Virus record (IMG/VR): IMGVR_UViG_3300009148_000002
Coordinates: 1-64,000 of that record
Length of the DNA stretch: 64,000 bases
DNA from: a virus
Taxonomy: Duplodnaviria; Caudoviricetes
Reading direction: 5' to 3' (one strand)
This document shows, piece after piece, positions 54,700 through 62,236 of this stretch. Within the stretch, counting starts at the first letter, position 1. Every line of letters begins with the position of its first letter. The position numbers and the translations under genes are program-made. The notes under the pieces are model-generated. The model ran no database searches and was not told the DNA's origin. It saw only the letters and a program-made list of their open reading frames with translations.

Positions 54700-55169
54700 G
54701 CCTTGCCATTCTTTCGATATTTGATTCCCGCCCGATCCAGATACTTCTTCAGTTGCCAGTCGGATAGCCGCATACGCACTTGGCGTCGGATTTGGTCAAG
54801 GCTCTGGCCGCTTAGTTCGGCTTTCATCTTCCTGAACCTATCCGTCATCTTGGTCGTCTTCACCGGCCTGTGGAAGTTCACCGATTGCGGTTTGCCCATC
54901 GCCTCTCGAATCTGCCCGGCACGCTCGCGTGAAACGCCGAGTTGCTTGCCAATGTCCGCATCGTTCCGCCTCAGCCAATCCACGTCCGCCCACTTCTGCT
55001 TCGACACCTTCCAGCACGAGCGCCCGCGTCCGTCCGTGAATTTGTAGCCAGCCTCGCGCAAAATTGGCCTTCCTTCACGATAACCCACTCCGAGCGCAAA
55101 CAGAGCGTCTCCAATCAGCTTCCCCGGAGGCAATGCCTTGGCTTTTTCCAGCAACTCAGATTTTTGCAT
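54696..55169 (-). CDS. Basic HTH DNA-binding protein
   Basis: NDADIGKQLGVSRERAGQIR; start reassigned to ATG 55169. Confidence 0.7.
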   Translation of the reverse strand: MQKSELLEKAKALPPGKLIGDALFALGVGYREGRPILREAGYKFTDGRGRSCWKVSKQKWADVDWLRRNDADIGKQLGVSRERAGQIREAMGKPQSVNFHRPVKTTKMTDRFRKMKAELSGQSLDQIRRQVRMRLSDWQLKKYLDRAGIKYRKNGKA

Positions 55170-55204
55170 TGACGTTAGTTTGCCTAATGTTAGGCTTGCG
55201 TCAA
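55169..55204. promoter_or_regulatory. Back-to-back promoters with palindromic operator
   Basis: TTGACG...CGTCAA inverted ends; GCCTAA-TG-TTAGGC palindrome; plus-strand TTGACG-16-TAGGCT. Confidence 0.55.
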
Positions 55205-55750
55205 GTGAAATTCTCAAGAACATGGGCAATGCCGAACGGTGACACCTTCAGCGTGCCTCCAATCAATGACTTCGTGCAGTCGTATCTGACCAACTCGAAA
55301 GTCTCAATAGACCCGTTCGCACGAAACAAGCGATGGGCAACGCACACCAACGACCTGAATCCCGCGACGGAAGCCGAGCACCATATGGATGCCGAAAAGT
55401 TCCTGCTGATGCTAGGTTCACAAGGCGTGAAAGCCGACCTGATAATCTTCGACCCGCCATACAGCCCGCGCCAGATCAGCGAGTGCTATAAAAGCATCGG
55501 TATGGAGGTTGGCATGAAGGAAACACAATCTGCGCTGCTATATCAGCGCGTTCGCGACGCAATCGTGCCAGTGGCAACCGAAGACGCAATCGTTTTGTCA
55601 TTTGGATGGAACACGGTCGGTATGGGTAAGCGCCACGCATTTGAACAAATCGAAATAATGCTCTGCTGTCATGGCGGTGCACACAATGACACGATCTGCC
55701 TCGCGGAGCGAAGACTGCCGCAACTCCAATCGGCGATTGATTTGCCTTAG
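55205..55750 (+). CDS. Phage adenine-specific DNA methyltransferase-like protein
   Basis: MKFSRTWAMPN N-terminus (GTG start), IDPFARN, catalytic FDPPYS. Confidence 0.8.
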   Translation: MKFSRTWAMPNGDTFSVPPINDFVQSYLTNSKVSIDPFARNKRWATHTNDLNPATEAEHHMDAEKFLLMLGSQGVKADLIIFDPPYSPRQISECYKSIGMEVGMKETQSALLYQRVRDAIVPVATEDAIVLSFGWNTVGMGKRHAFEQIEIMLCCHGGAHNDTICLAERRLPQLQSAIDLP

Positions 55751-55753
55751 TCA

Positions 55754-56917
55754 ATGCCTAAGCACCAACCAACCAGCCGAGTCACCACATTCACATCCGA
55801 CGGCTGCCGGGAACTCTGGCTCATCAACGGCGAGGACTACTGCCTGCCGGTGTATGCCACGCCGATGAAGATGCCCGGATTCGAGCAACGTTACGCATGG
55901 GTTCAATCCGCCTCCAGCACGCTCTCACCCATGCAGCACATGAAGATTCTGGCCACATTCGCGCCGCACAAGCAAAACTCGGAACCAGAATTCCACTACC
56001 TGTTTTGGGACAAGCTCGAAAAGCTCTGCGTCAAGGCACCCGGCGTCGAGCCGGATTACTACAAACGCTGGCCGAACGACGCACCACAACTGGCGGACAA
56101 ACCGATTGATGTCGCGCTGGACGGCGAAGTGATCCCAACCGACGCGGCCAACTGGATCAAGTTCATGGCATCGCGCACGTCCATCGCCGATTACTCAACG
56201 CTCAAAGCCTTCTGGAAAGAACAGAATCGTTGTGCATTAGAGTATCTAATAAACGAGCAAAAGCCTTTGCACCTTGGGTTTTGTCAGATATTCCAGATGC
56301 CGTATCGCAACAACTGGCTGGCGATCCTCACCGCTCGGTTTTCCAGCCTTGCGGCCAATCTGGACAAAGTTAAGCGTGAGTTGATTGATCCTTACCTGAT
56401 CGAGAACGGATTCACTCAGGAATTGAACAAGACTTGGTTTGCTGCCATCGACCGAAAGAAGCATTTCATCTACTGGTCGCTGTGCATCCTGCCGGCGAAA
56501 GCGTGGTATTATCACAGCATCACAACGGAACAGCGGCGCAGGGCGTCAATGAGCGCGTCCAAGTACTGCGAACGATGGATGGGTTATGTTAAGCGCAACT
56601 ACAAATACATTCTGGCGGCGTTTCGGCACTATGGCAATGAAGCGAGCAGGCCGGGCGCTCGCATTGGCGAAAGCCAGGATGGTCGTCTGCCGGTGCTTAT
56701 TCCAGATATACGGCGTGGCCGAGTTATGCCGTACTGCCCTAAAGGTTATGACGTTGAAGTTTGCATCGAAGGCGAACCGAGCGAGCCGCCGCTTATGGTT
56801 CCGTCGGTTGAAGACGTGCCGCAGTTGCCAGATGTTCCATGTGGAACATTGGACGTGCGGGAAGCCGGGCGACTTGGCGATGGACCCGGAGACGAACAAA
56901 CCGTTTCTCAATCCTGA
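55754..56917 (+). CDS. Hypothetical protein
   Basis: 387-aa ORF; last ~95 codons overlap another plausible gene. Confidence 0.65.
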   Translation: MPKHQPTSRVTTFTSDGCRELWLINGEDYCLPVYATPMKMPGFEQRYAWVQSASSTLSPMQHMKILATFAPHKQNSEPEFHYLFWDKLEKLCVKAPGVEPDYYKRWPNDAPQLADKPIDVALDGEVIPTDAANWIKFMASRTSIADYSTLKAFWKEQNRCALEYLINEQKPLHLGFCQIFQMPYRNNWLAILTARFSSLAANLDKVKRELIDPYLIENGFTQELNKTWFAAIDRKKHFIYWSLCILPAKAWYYHSITTEQRRRASMSASKYCERWMGYVKRNYKYILAAFRHYGNEASRPGARIGESQDGRLPVLIPDIRRGRVMPYCPKGYDVEVCIEGEPSEPPLMVPSVEDVPQLPDVPCGTLDVREAGRLGDGPGDEQTVSQS

Positions 56918-57032
56918 GACTGGTCGGCCAATGTCGCTTGGGTGCTGGTGTCCGGTTTACGAGAAGGCGCGTTACAAGCGGGCGCAGTGTTGGGCGCGTG
57001 AAAATGGACTTGACTTTGGGTGGGTGGAATAA
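56631..57032 (+). CDS. Cys-rich protein overlapping the preceding gene
   Basis: RRLKTCRSC...WTCG...GCWCP...KA...CW pattern. Confidence 0.6.
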   Translation: MAMKRAGRALALAKARMVVCRCLFQIYGVAELCRTALKVMTLKFASKANRASRRLWFRRLKTCRSCQMFHVEHWTCGKPGDLAMDPETNKPFLNPETGRPMSLGCWCPVYEKARYKRAQCWARENGLDFGWVE

Positions 57033-57046
57033 TAGTCTGATCTGCC

Positions 57047-57526
57047 GTGACCGACGCCATCGAAATCTCAACCTCGCAGCCGGTGTTCAAAACCGACCGC
57101 GAGGCGCGTGCGGTGTGTCGCAAGCTTGGGCTTGGGTTCTTCAAGGCTGAGAATGCGAAGTCGCTCAAGCGATACGGTGAATATTTGGACTCATTGGGAG
57201 CGGCCCACGTTGGTCGCGGCATTGTGTTCCTGACTCTGGATCAAGCTCACCAGCTTCGTAAGAGGATCGAAGAAGAAGACTTTGATTCCATGCCGGCTGG
57301 CAGTGAAATTCGCATGGTCGCCGCCAAACATTGCATCGACCTTCTGAAGCTTCAGTCGGAACTCGCCAACCAACTCGCCGAACGCACGCCTGCGCCCAAG
57401 CCTAACGACGGCAAGATGCCGGTGCCGTCCTTCGCTCCCGGCACCACCATCACGCCGATCTCAGGCAACCAGCAAGTCAACCTCATCGTCCAAGGCCAGC
57501 AACCCGAAACAAAGGCAATCCAATGA
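57047..57526 (+). CDS. Hypothetical protein, possible terminase small subunit
   Basis: Helical core and extended C-terminal strand (QQVNLIVQ); inference only. Confidence 0.35.
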   Translation: MTDAIEISTSQPVFKTDREARAVCRKLGLGFFKAENAKSLKRYGEYLDSLGAAHVGRGIVFLTLDQAHQLRKRIEEEDFDSMPAGSEIRMVAAKHCIDLLKLQSELANQLAERTPAPKPNDGKMPVPSFAPGTTITPISGNQQVNLIVQGQQPETKAIQ

Positions 57527-57735
57527 CAACATTTGAAATCTACAAAGACCGAAAGAAGGAGTGGCGCTGGAGGGCCAAGCGCAAAGGCAGGATCGTGGCA
57601 GATAGCGGCGAAGGATATAAACGTCGAAACGCCTGCGTGACCGCGCTTCGCCATCTCGCGGTTGACATCTTGAATGGCAATCAGAGCGTGATTATTGGTG
57701 GAGTTCGTCAAGGAGACGATTTCCTCTACGAATGA
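57523..57735 (+). CDS. DUF1508 (YegP-like) protein
   Basis: FEIYKDRKKEWRWR...NG/GRIVADSGEGYKRRNAC. Confidence 0.85.
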   Translation: MTTFEIYKDRKKEWRWRAKRKGRIVADSGEGYKRRNACVTALRHLAVDILNGNQSVIIGGVRQGDDFLYE

Positions 57736-58292
57736 AATCACTGTCATTAGCACTTCTAATCCTTCTCTGCGGCTGCCTCGGCGGCGTCCAAGAGCGCTCT
57801 GGCGGAACATCGGTTGCTGCCGCTGAAAAGCTGGCATCGCAAAACAATGCCCTGTTAAATCGCACCATTGACGGACAGAAGACGCCGCCCGCGCCGAACG
57901 TCACTGTGACAGGTTCGAGCAATTCAATCGCCGTGGCGGTCAATCCGCAGCCAACGAACACGTATCGGGAAACCATCACGCTCAACACCGCGTCGAATCA
58001 GTCCGCCTCTCAGGAATTGGAAAGCGCGTCGTTCTTCAAAAAGAAGCTGCCGATGTCCGTTGCGCTGGTCCTGTTCGGTGTTGGGTTTCTGATCCTGTTC
58101 GTAGTGATTTGGCTCTGGAGACGAAGCAGCGTTGCCGTCAACGAAGCCTACAAACTGGCGGATGAAACCTTTGCGTCAATCATACGAGAGCGGCGTAATC
58201 GCGCTATGGTGTCCACAGACGCGGCTGAGATGTCTCGGCTGAATGCCGACGTGGCAGAGCTTGAATCGCATCGCGGAAGGCTGGCCCGCTAA
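57732..58292 (+). CDS. Lipoprotein with internal TM (spanin-like?)
   Basis: Lipobox LLCGC; TM VALVLFGVGFLILFVVIWLW. Confidence 0.55.
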   Translation: MKSLSLALLILLCGCLGGVQERSGGTSVAAAEKLASQNNALLNRTIDGQKTPPAPNVTVTGSSNSIAVAVNPQPTNTYRETITLNTASNQSASQELESASFFKKKLPMSVALVLFGVGFLILFVVIWLWRRSSVAVNEAYKLADETFASIIRERRNRAMVSTDAAEMSRLNADVAELESHRGRLAR

Positions 58293-58492
58293 TGTACACC
58301 GTCACCGTAAATTACGACAAGAACTGCACCAGATGTGGCGATGTCGGCGCAACGGCAAGCGGACTGTGTTTGCGGTGCGTTACTGACAGCTTGACGAAGA
58401 AAGGCTTCTCTCGCCCTCTGCCAGTCGAAACCACAACCAAGAAAGTCCTCTCACATGAGCTACCTCCAAAAGAAAGCCGTACTGGTAACTGA
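58292..58492 (+). CDS. Zn-finger hypothetical protein
   Basis: CTRC...CLRC. Confidence 0.55.
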   Translation: MYTVTVNYDKNCTRCGDVGATASGLCLRCVTDSLTKKGFSRPLPVETTTKKVLSHELPPKESRTGN

Positions 58493-58850
58493 CATGGTTG
58501 GATTCGGGCGTCGCATCCGCGCGCACGGCCCGCTGAAAACCAAGCAACACATTCACAACCTGCGTTGGAAGATCGGGCCAATCATCCGTCGCAACGGCGG
58601 GCGGGTCGTGAAATACGACGGTGACGATTCGTTCAGCGTGTTTGACCGCATTGGCGACGCCTACGCTGCCGCGCTCGAATTGCGCGATCAACTCGGCCCT
58701 ATCTCTATCGGCATCGGCTACGGCAAGCTGCTCGTTTTGAAGCGCGACGCATGGGGTTACGAACTCAACCTTGCATCGAAGCTTGGCGAGGACAAGGCCG
58801 GCCCGAACGACATCCTACTCACCGTCGCTGCAAAAAAGGCGATGAGGTAA
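58455..58850 (+). CDS. Minimal class III nucleotide (adenylate) cyclase
   Basis: TDMVGF, VKYDGDD, ISIGIGYG, RDAWGYELNLASKL. Confidence 0.85.
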   Translation: MSYLQKKAVLVTDMVGFGRRIRAHGPLKTKQHIHNLRWKIGPIIRRNGGRVVKYDGDDSFSVFDRIGDAYAAALELRDQLGPISIGIGYGKLLVLKRDAWGYELNLASKLGEDKAGPNDILLTVAAKKAMR

Positions 58851-58934
58851 TTTCCGCCGCCGTGTTCTCGTTCGACTCCGCTGGTTTTTCTGATTGAGCC
58901 AGTGACGTGAATTAGACGCTGGCGGCGGACTTTT

Positions 58935-59117
58935 ATGAACTCTCTTGAGCGGTTTATCCAAGCAGCCGAATCCGATGAGTGTGAGGCTATGAACTGGCTT
59001 CAGTCGAATGGAGTAATTAGCGACAACTGCGTTACTGCGAAAGATGTTTGCGAATCCGACTGTCGGAAGGCCATTGAAGCGCTAACCCAAGGCGATCAAA
59101 AAACACTGATCCTGTAA
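58935..59117 (+). CDS. Hypothetical protein
   Basis: 60-aa ORF after a GC-rich hairpin. Confidence 0.55.
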   Translation: MNSLERFIQAAESDECEAMNWLQSNGVISDNCVTAKDVCESDCRKAIEALTQGDQKTLIL

Positions 59118-59353
59118 AACTCGCGTGCGTCAATCATAGGAACCTCCACGCCTTTGTCATACTTCTCGCCGTAGTAAATCTTCCACGTTATTTTATACCA
59201 AGTCACCAAGTCGGTCGAGCCTTCCAAAAGATACACGCGGTTGATCTTGATGTTGGACGGCCTGATAACGTTCGCGTCGCCAGCGCGGATGATTTCAATG
59301 CGCGGCGGGCCGACCGGAGCCGCCAGCAACATCGCGATGATAAAAACAGGCAT
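59096..59353 (-). CDS. Small secreted-type protein
   Basis: Hydrophobic N-terminus; YLLEGSTDLVTW motif. Confidence 0.55.
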   Translation of the reverse strand: MPVFIIAMLLAAPVGPPRIEIIRAGDANVIRPSNIKINRVYLLEGSTDLVTWYKITWKIYYGEKYDKGVEVPMIDAREFYRISVF

Positions 59354-59422
59354 CGGTTTTATATGCAGACAGTTACAGAGAGTTCTTTTTCATTTTTACG
59401 GGCTGTTGGTGGGCTTGTCGTT

Positions 59423-59659
59423 CTACAGCACCCGCTCGCTGTGTTTGATTTCGACGCATCGGATTTTGGGTTTTTCCAGCCAGTCCTTAAAGAACCATCT
59501 GGCATATTCAAGTGCCTGCGATTGGTTGTCGCGCTGCCCGACGAGGCATTCCCATTTGGCGTTCGGTTTCTGCCACTCGACCGCGTATGCTGTAGAACAC
59601 TTCATGGAGCGAACGGCGACCCGCGCCGTTCGAGAGTTGGTCTTGGATTTCTTGCTCAT
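59423..59659 (-). CDS. Cassette-borne hypothetical protein (antisense to its attC)
   Basis: ATG lies in the attC loop; cassette cores GTTCTACAGCA (59420) / TGCTGTAGAAC (59588) are a perfect 11-bp inverted repeat. Confidence 0.7.
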   Translation of the reverse strand: MSKKSKTNSRTARVAVRSMKCSTAYAVEWQKPNAKWECLVGQRDNQSQALEYARWFFKDWLEKPKIRCVEIKHSERVL

Positions 59660-59695
59660 ACATTTTTCTCGCCGTCGCTCATGGCGGCGTTGTAA
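59592..59695 (+). other. attC site (104 bp)
   Basis: GTAGAAC-ACTTC-ATG[G]AGCGA[A]CGGCGA...TCGCCGTCGCTCAT-GGCGGC-GTTGTAA. Confidence 0.88.
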
Positions 59696-59765
59696 AACTT
59701 CATTGACAAAGGCTATCACCGTCGGCGGCGGAGTCAAACATTTTTCGCGCAAATGATTTTGTTGC

Positions 59766-59793
59766 TTGACAATCACTGCGGCGTTGATACCTT
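59766..59793 (+). promoter_or_regulatory. sigma70-type promoter with extended -10
   Basis: TTGACA-16-TACCTT with TG at the extended -10 position, 7 nt before ATG 59801. Confidence 0.6.
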
Positions 59794-59800
59794 CGCGTGA

Positions 59801-60088
59801 ATGACAGCAGCCGAAAAGAGAATCGAGATCGCAGAGTTGGATGAATGGGTCAGAGGTTCTGTTGACTCTGTGTGGTGGTCGAAGCTCTGGAAAGACAGTC
59901 TCAGTTACACTCACGCAACGCAGCACGATCTTCCAGACTACCTCAACTCCCGCGACGCGATTGTGCCGGTGCTTGAGAAGCAGCCATTGGGCATCCGCTT
60001 GTGGTTTATCGAGAACACGGACATTTTCACAACGCCCGAAGAACTGTGCGACGCGCTGATTCGTGAAACCGGCAAGTGGAAAGACTAA
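59801..60088 (+). CDS. Hypothetical phage protein (ABA-sandwich-like?)
   Basis: RIEIAEL...LPDYLNSRDAI motif. Confidence 0.5.
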   Translation: MTAAEKRIEIAELDEWVRGSVDSVWWSKLWKDSLSYTHATQHDLPDYLNSRDAIVPVLEKQPLGIRLWFIENTDIFTTPEELCDALIRETGKWKD

Positions 60089-60099
60089 CAAAATGAGAT

Positions 60100-60295
60100 G
60101 TTCTTTGAATGTGAATCGGACGGAGTATTCAACGGCCAGAAATGGCGGTAAACTTTTCCGTGAGTTTGTCACGGACAACAACGGGCTTGCTAGCTACCTG
60201 CCCGTTTGGACAAAGCCAACAAGTTGCGCTGATTCGATTTCAGCGGGGCGGAATTGCTCAGAGGTACGACGAACTCCGATTCACATTCAGCGAAC
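60100..60295 (+). ncRNA. Candidate structured ncRNA, unit 3
   Basis: 21-bp closing stem GTTCTTTGAATGTGAATCGGA / TCCGATTCACATTCAGCGAAC; internal GCCA-GAAA-TGGC, CCGTGA/TCACGG, AACGGGC/GCCCGTT, GCTGA-TTCGATT-TCAGC. Confidence 0.65.
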
Positions 60296-60401
60296 ACCAA
60301 ACAAAATGGTTGACTCCAAAATCAGGTTGGGTATGTTGGTTGCGTTCGGATGCTGGAGTGAAAACCAGCTAACTGTAAGTCTCGAACGTAAGACCACTTT
60401 T

Positions 60402-60468
60402 GGCCGTTCAGTCATGCGAAGCCGCGAGGCTCGCACCGCAGTTAGCGGTTTTTCACGACTGAGCGGCC
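60402..60468 (+). ncRNA. Candidate three-way-junction RNA domain
   Basis: GGCCGTTCAGTC / GACTGAGCGGCC closing two hairpins, one with a GCGA tetraloop. Confidence 0.5.
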
Positions 60469-60628
60469 TTTCCATTTTTAAGGCACCGAACCGTGAAACG
60501 GCTTCATGCCATACGGTCGCCGGAACATGCGCGGCTCCTTCGCGAAGGATGCTGCGGCTAGGGCACGCGAGGAAACAAACATCTCACCGGCCAACGTGGA
60601 AGGAAAACGACAGTGCTTTGAACTGCTG

Positions 60629-60807
60629 GGCCTCGTGGTGCAATGTAAAGACACGGGCTAGTGTAAAGATACGGGTGTCGGCGTGCTGCTGCCCCGGCTT
60701 GCGGACATTTCGCCGCAAGACTCATCGTTGTGATGAGGTTTCCAGCCTGCCAAACGGGACACAACACCGATGCGGCTTGCGAGTTCAAATCCCGCCGAAG
60801 GCCGCCA
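60629..60807 (+). ncRNA. tRNA-like RNA with large structured insertion (not a canonical tRNA)
   Basis: 5' GGCCTCG-TG-GTG...CAC; T-arm GCGAG-TTCAAAT-CCCGC; 3' CGAAGGCC-G-CCA; no 7-nt anticodon loop. Confidence 0.6.
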
Positions 60808-60914
60808 GTTCAGAGCATTGCGGTTTTCCTTTGCTCTCTGACTTCTTTCGATACCCCTACTCTAAGGGGTTGGGGTTTCTTTCTTCTCTCGTTTCGTTTT
60901 AATTATTATCCAGC

Positions 60915-61343
60915 ATGAAGCGCCTGACAAACAAACAACCTATGAAATCCATATACCTAAACGTAAAGAAACAACACATCGACGAGTCAACTAAAAAGGA
61001 CTCGAAACACTGCATGATCGCCGACGCCATTCGTTCGCGATTTGAACAGGCGAAGTACATCAAAGTGGACACGCAATCCATTCGGTTCACTGACTTAAAA
61101 ACCGGCAAGCGTTATCAGTTCTTCACTCCGACGAAAGCACAGGCTGCGATTCTGGCGTTTGATCGCGGCGACGCAGTTAAGCCGTTCCACTTTCAACTTG
61201 TGGACGGCACACAGAGGCCGATGGGTTGGCAGGCAACGCACCCAAATTGTAATCGCAAAGGCAAGAAATACCGCAAGACAGGATTGAAGCGAATCGTGGC
61301 GAAACGCGAACGCGAGTTTGGGCTTAGAATGCTAACCGCGTGA
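60915..61343 (+). CDS. Basic hypothetical protein
   Basis: Clean 142-aa ORF after the ncRNA cluster. Confidence 0.7.
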   Translation: MKRLTNKQPMKSIYLNVKKQHIDESTKKDSKHCMIADAIRSRFEQAKYIKVDTQSIRFTDLKTGKRYQFFTPTKAQAAILAFDRGDAVKPFHFQLVDGTQRPMGWQATHPNCNRKGKKYRKTGLKRIVAKREREFGLRMLTA

Positions 61344-61427
61344 TCCACCCATTCTCTTTGGGCGGTAAGGTGCTGTTTCGTTTCCGTGTCCTTACCGTCC
61401 GACAATGATGAAAAGCATTAAGACTGT

Positions 61428-61673
61428 ATGAAATTAAACGCAGAGCAGATCAATAGAGTTTCACACATTCCTACAACGGAGGTTGAATCTGACTTATTGG
61501 ACGCAAAGATTGAGTTGCGCGGCTATCAAATAGAAAAAGAAGCCATTGAAAGTGTTGGAATAAACCCAACAAACAAGGTTCGTCATTATATGCTTTCCGC
61601 CAAATGCGACAAGGGCACTGAGTTTATTGACGAACTAAATCAAATTCTTGAAGCTAGAAAGTTGCTTGTATGA
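61428..61673 (+). CDS. Hypothetical protein
   Basis: Follows 13-bp hairpin 61358-61402. Confidence 0.6.
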   Translation: MKLNAEQINRVSHIPTTEVESDLLDAKIELRGYQIEKEAIESVGINPTNKVRHYMLSAKCDKGTEFIDELNQILEARKLLV

Positions 61674-61885
61674 CAACACCAAGTCCAATACACATCCTCT
61701 CACTTGGCGCTCATTCGATGCAAGGGCTGCTTAGGGCGATCTGGTGTCGCCTTCGCCATAAAAGCCATTGGCATGAACAAGTCTATACGGACAGGGTGCG
61801 ATACACACAACGGACTGAGTGCTGGAAATGCGGATCGGTCCAATCGCCATACCGAGTTTGTAATGACCAGAATAATCCGCCATAA
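61670..61885 (+). CDS. Hypothetical, probable chimera across an attC remnant
   Basis: MTTPSPIHILSLGA joined to HSMQGLLRA encoded by an attC half-site. Confidence 0.5.
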   Translation: MTTPSPIHILSLGAHSMQGLLRAIWCRLRHKSHWHEQVYTDRVRYTQRTECWKCGSVQSPYRVCNDQNNPP

Positions 61886-61891
61886 CAAAGT

Positions 61892-62236
61892 ATGACAACC
61901 ACTCTCCAATCCAATGATAGTGGCCGAGTCGAGCAGCGCAAACACAGCCAATGGCTCAACCGACAACCTTTTATTCTGTCCGCTGAAACGCACCAAGGCT
62001 TCAAGAACATCAAGAAGTTGCTCAACTGCAAACTGTGCGGGCACATTCTACAGGTAGGCGACAAAGCTCGCTGGGTTTACGCGAATGGCACACCGGGTAT
62101 GGTCACAGGAAATTTCTTCGTGTGCGGCGACTGTGACGACGAAGATGCCGCCGTGCTCGCCAAAGCAAAGGATCAATTCACAACGGCTGTAACACTCGCA
62201 AAACGATGGGGAATCTATGGACCAGATTGGCAATAA
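61892..62236 (+). CDS. Zn-finger hypothetical protein
   Basis: CKLC...CGDC. Confidence 0.6.
   Translation: MTTTLQSNDSGRVEQRKHSQWLNRQPFILSAETHQGFKNIKKLLNCKLCGHILQVGDKARWVYANGTPGMVTGNFFVCGDCDDEDAAVLAKAKDQFTTAVTLAKRWGIYGPDWQ

Noticed and set aside
60629-60807. Canonical tRNA, tRNA-Sec or group I intron-containing tRNA
   Set aside because: No 7-nt anticodon loop, no UCA anticodon, and the insertion is too short for a group I intron
60063-60902. 279-aa ORF from the track
   Set aside because: Low-complexity-like composition, overlaps the upstream gene, and coincides with long G-U-rich stems and a tRNA-like fold; treated as spurious
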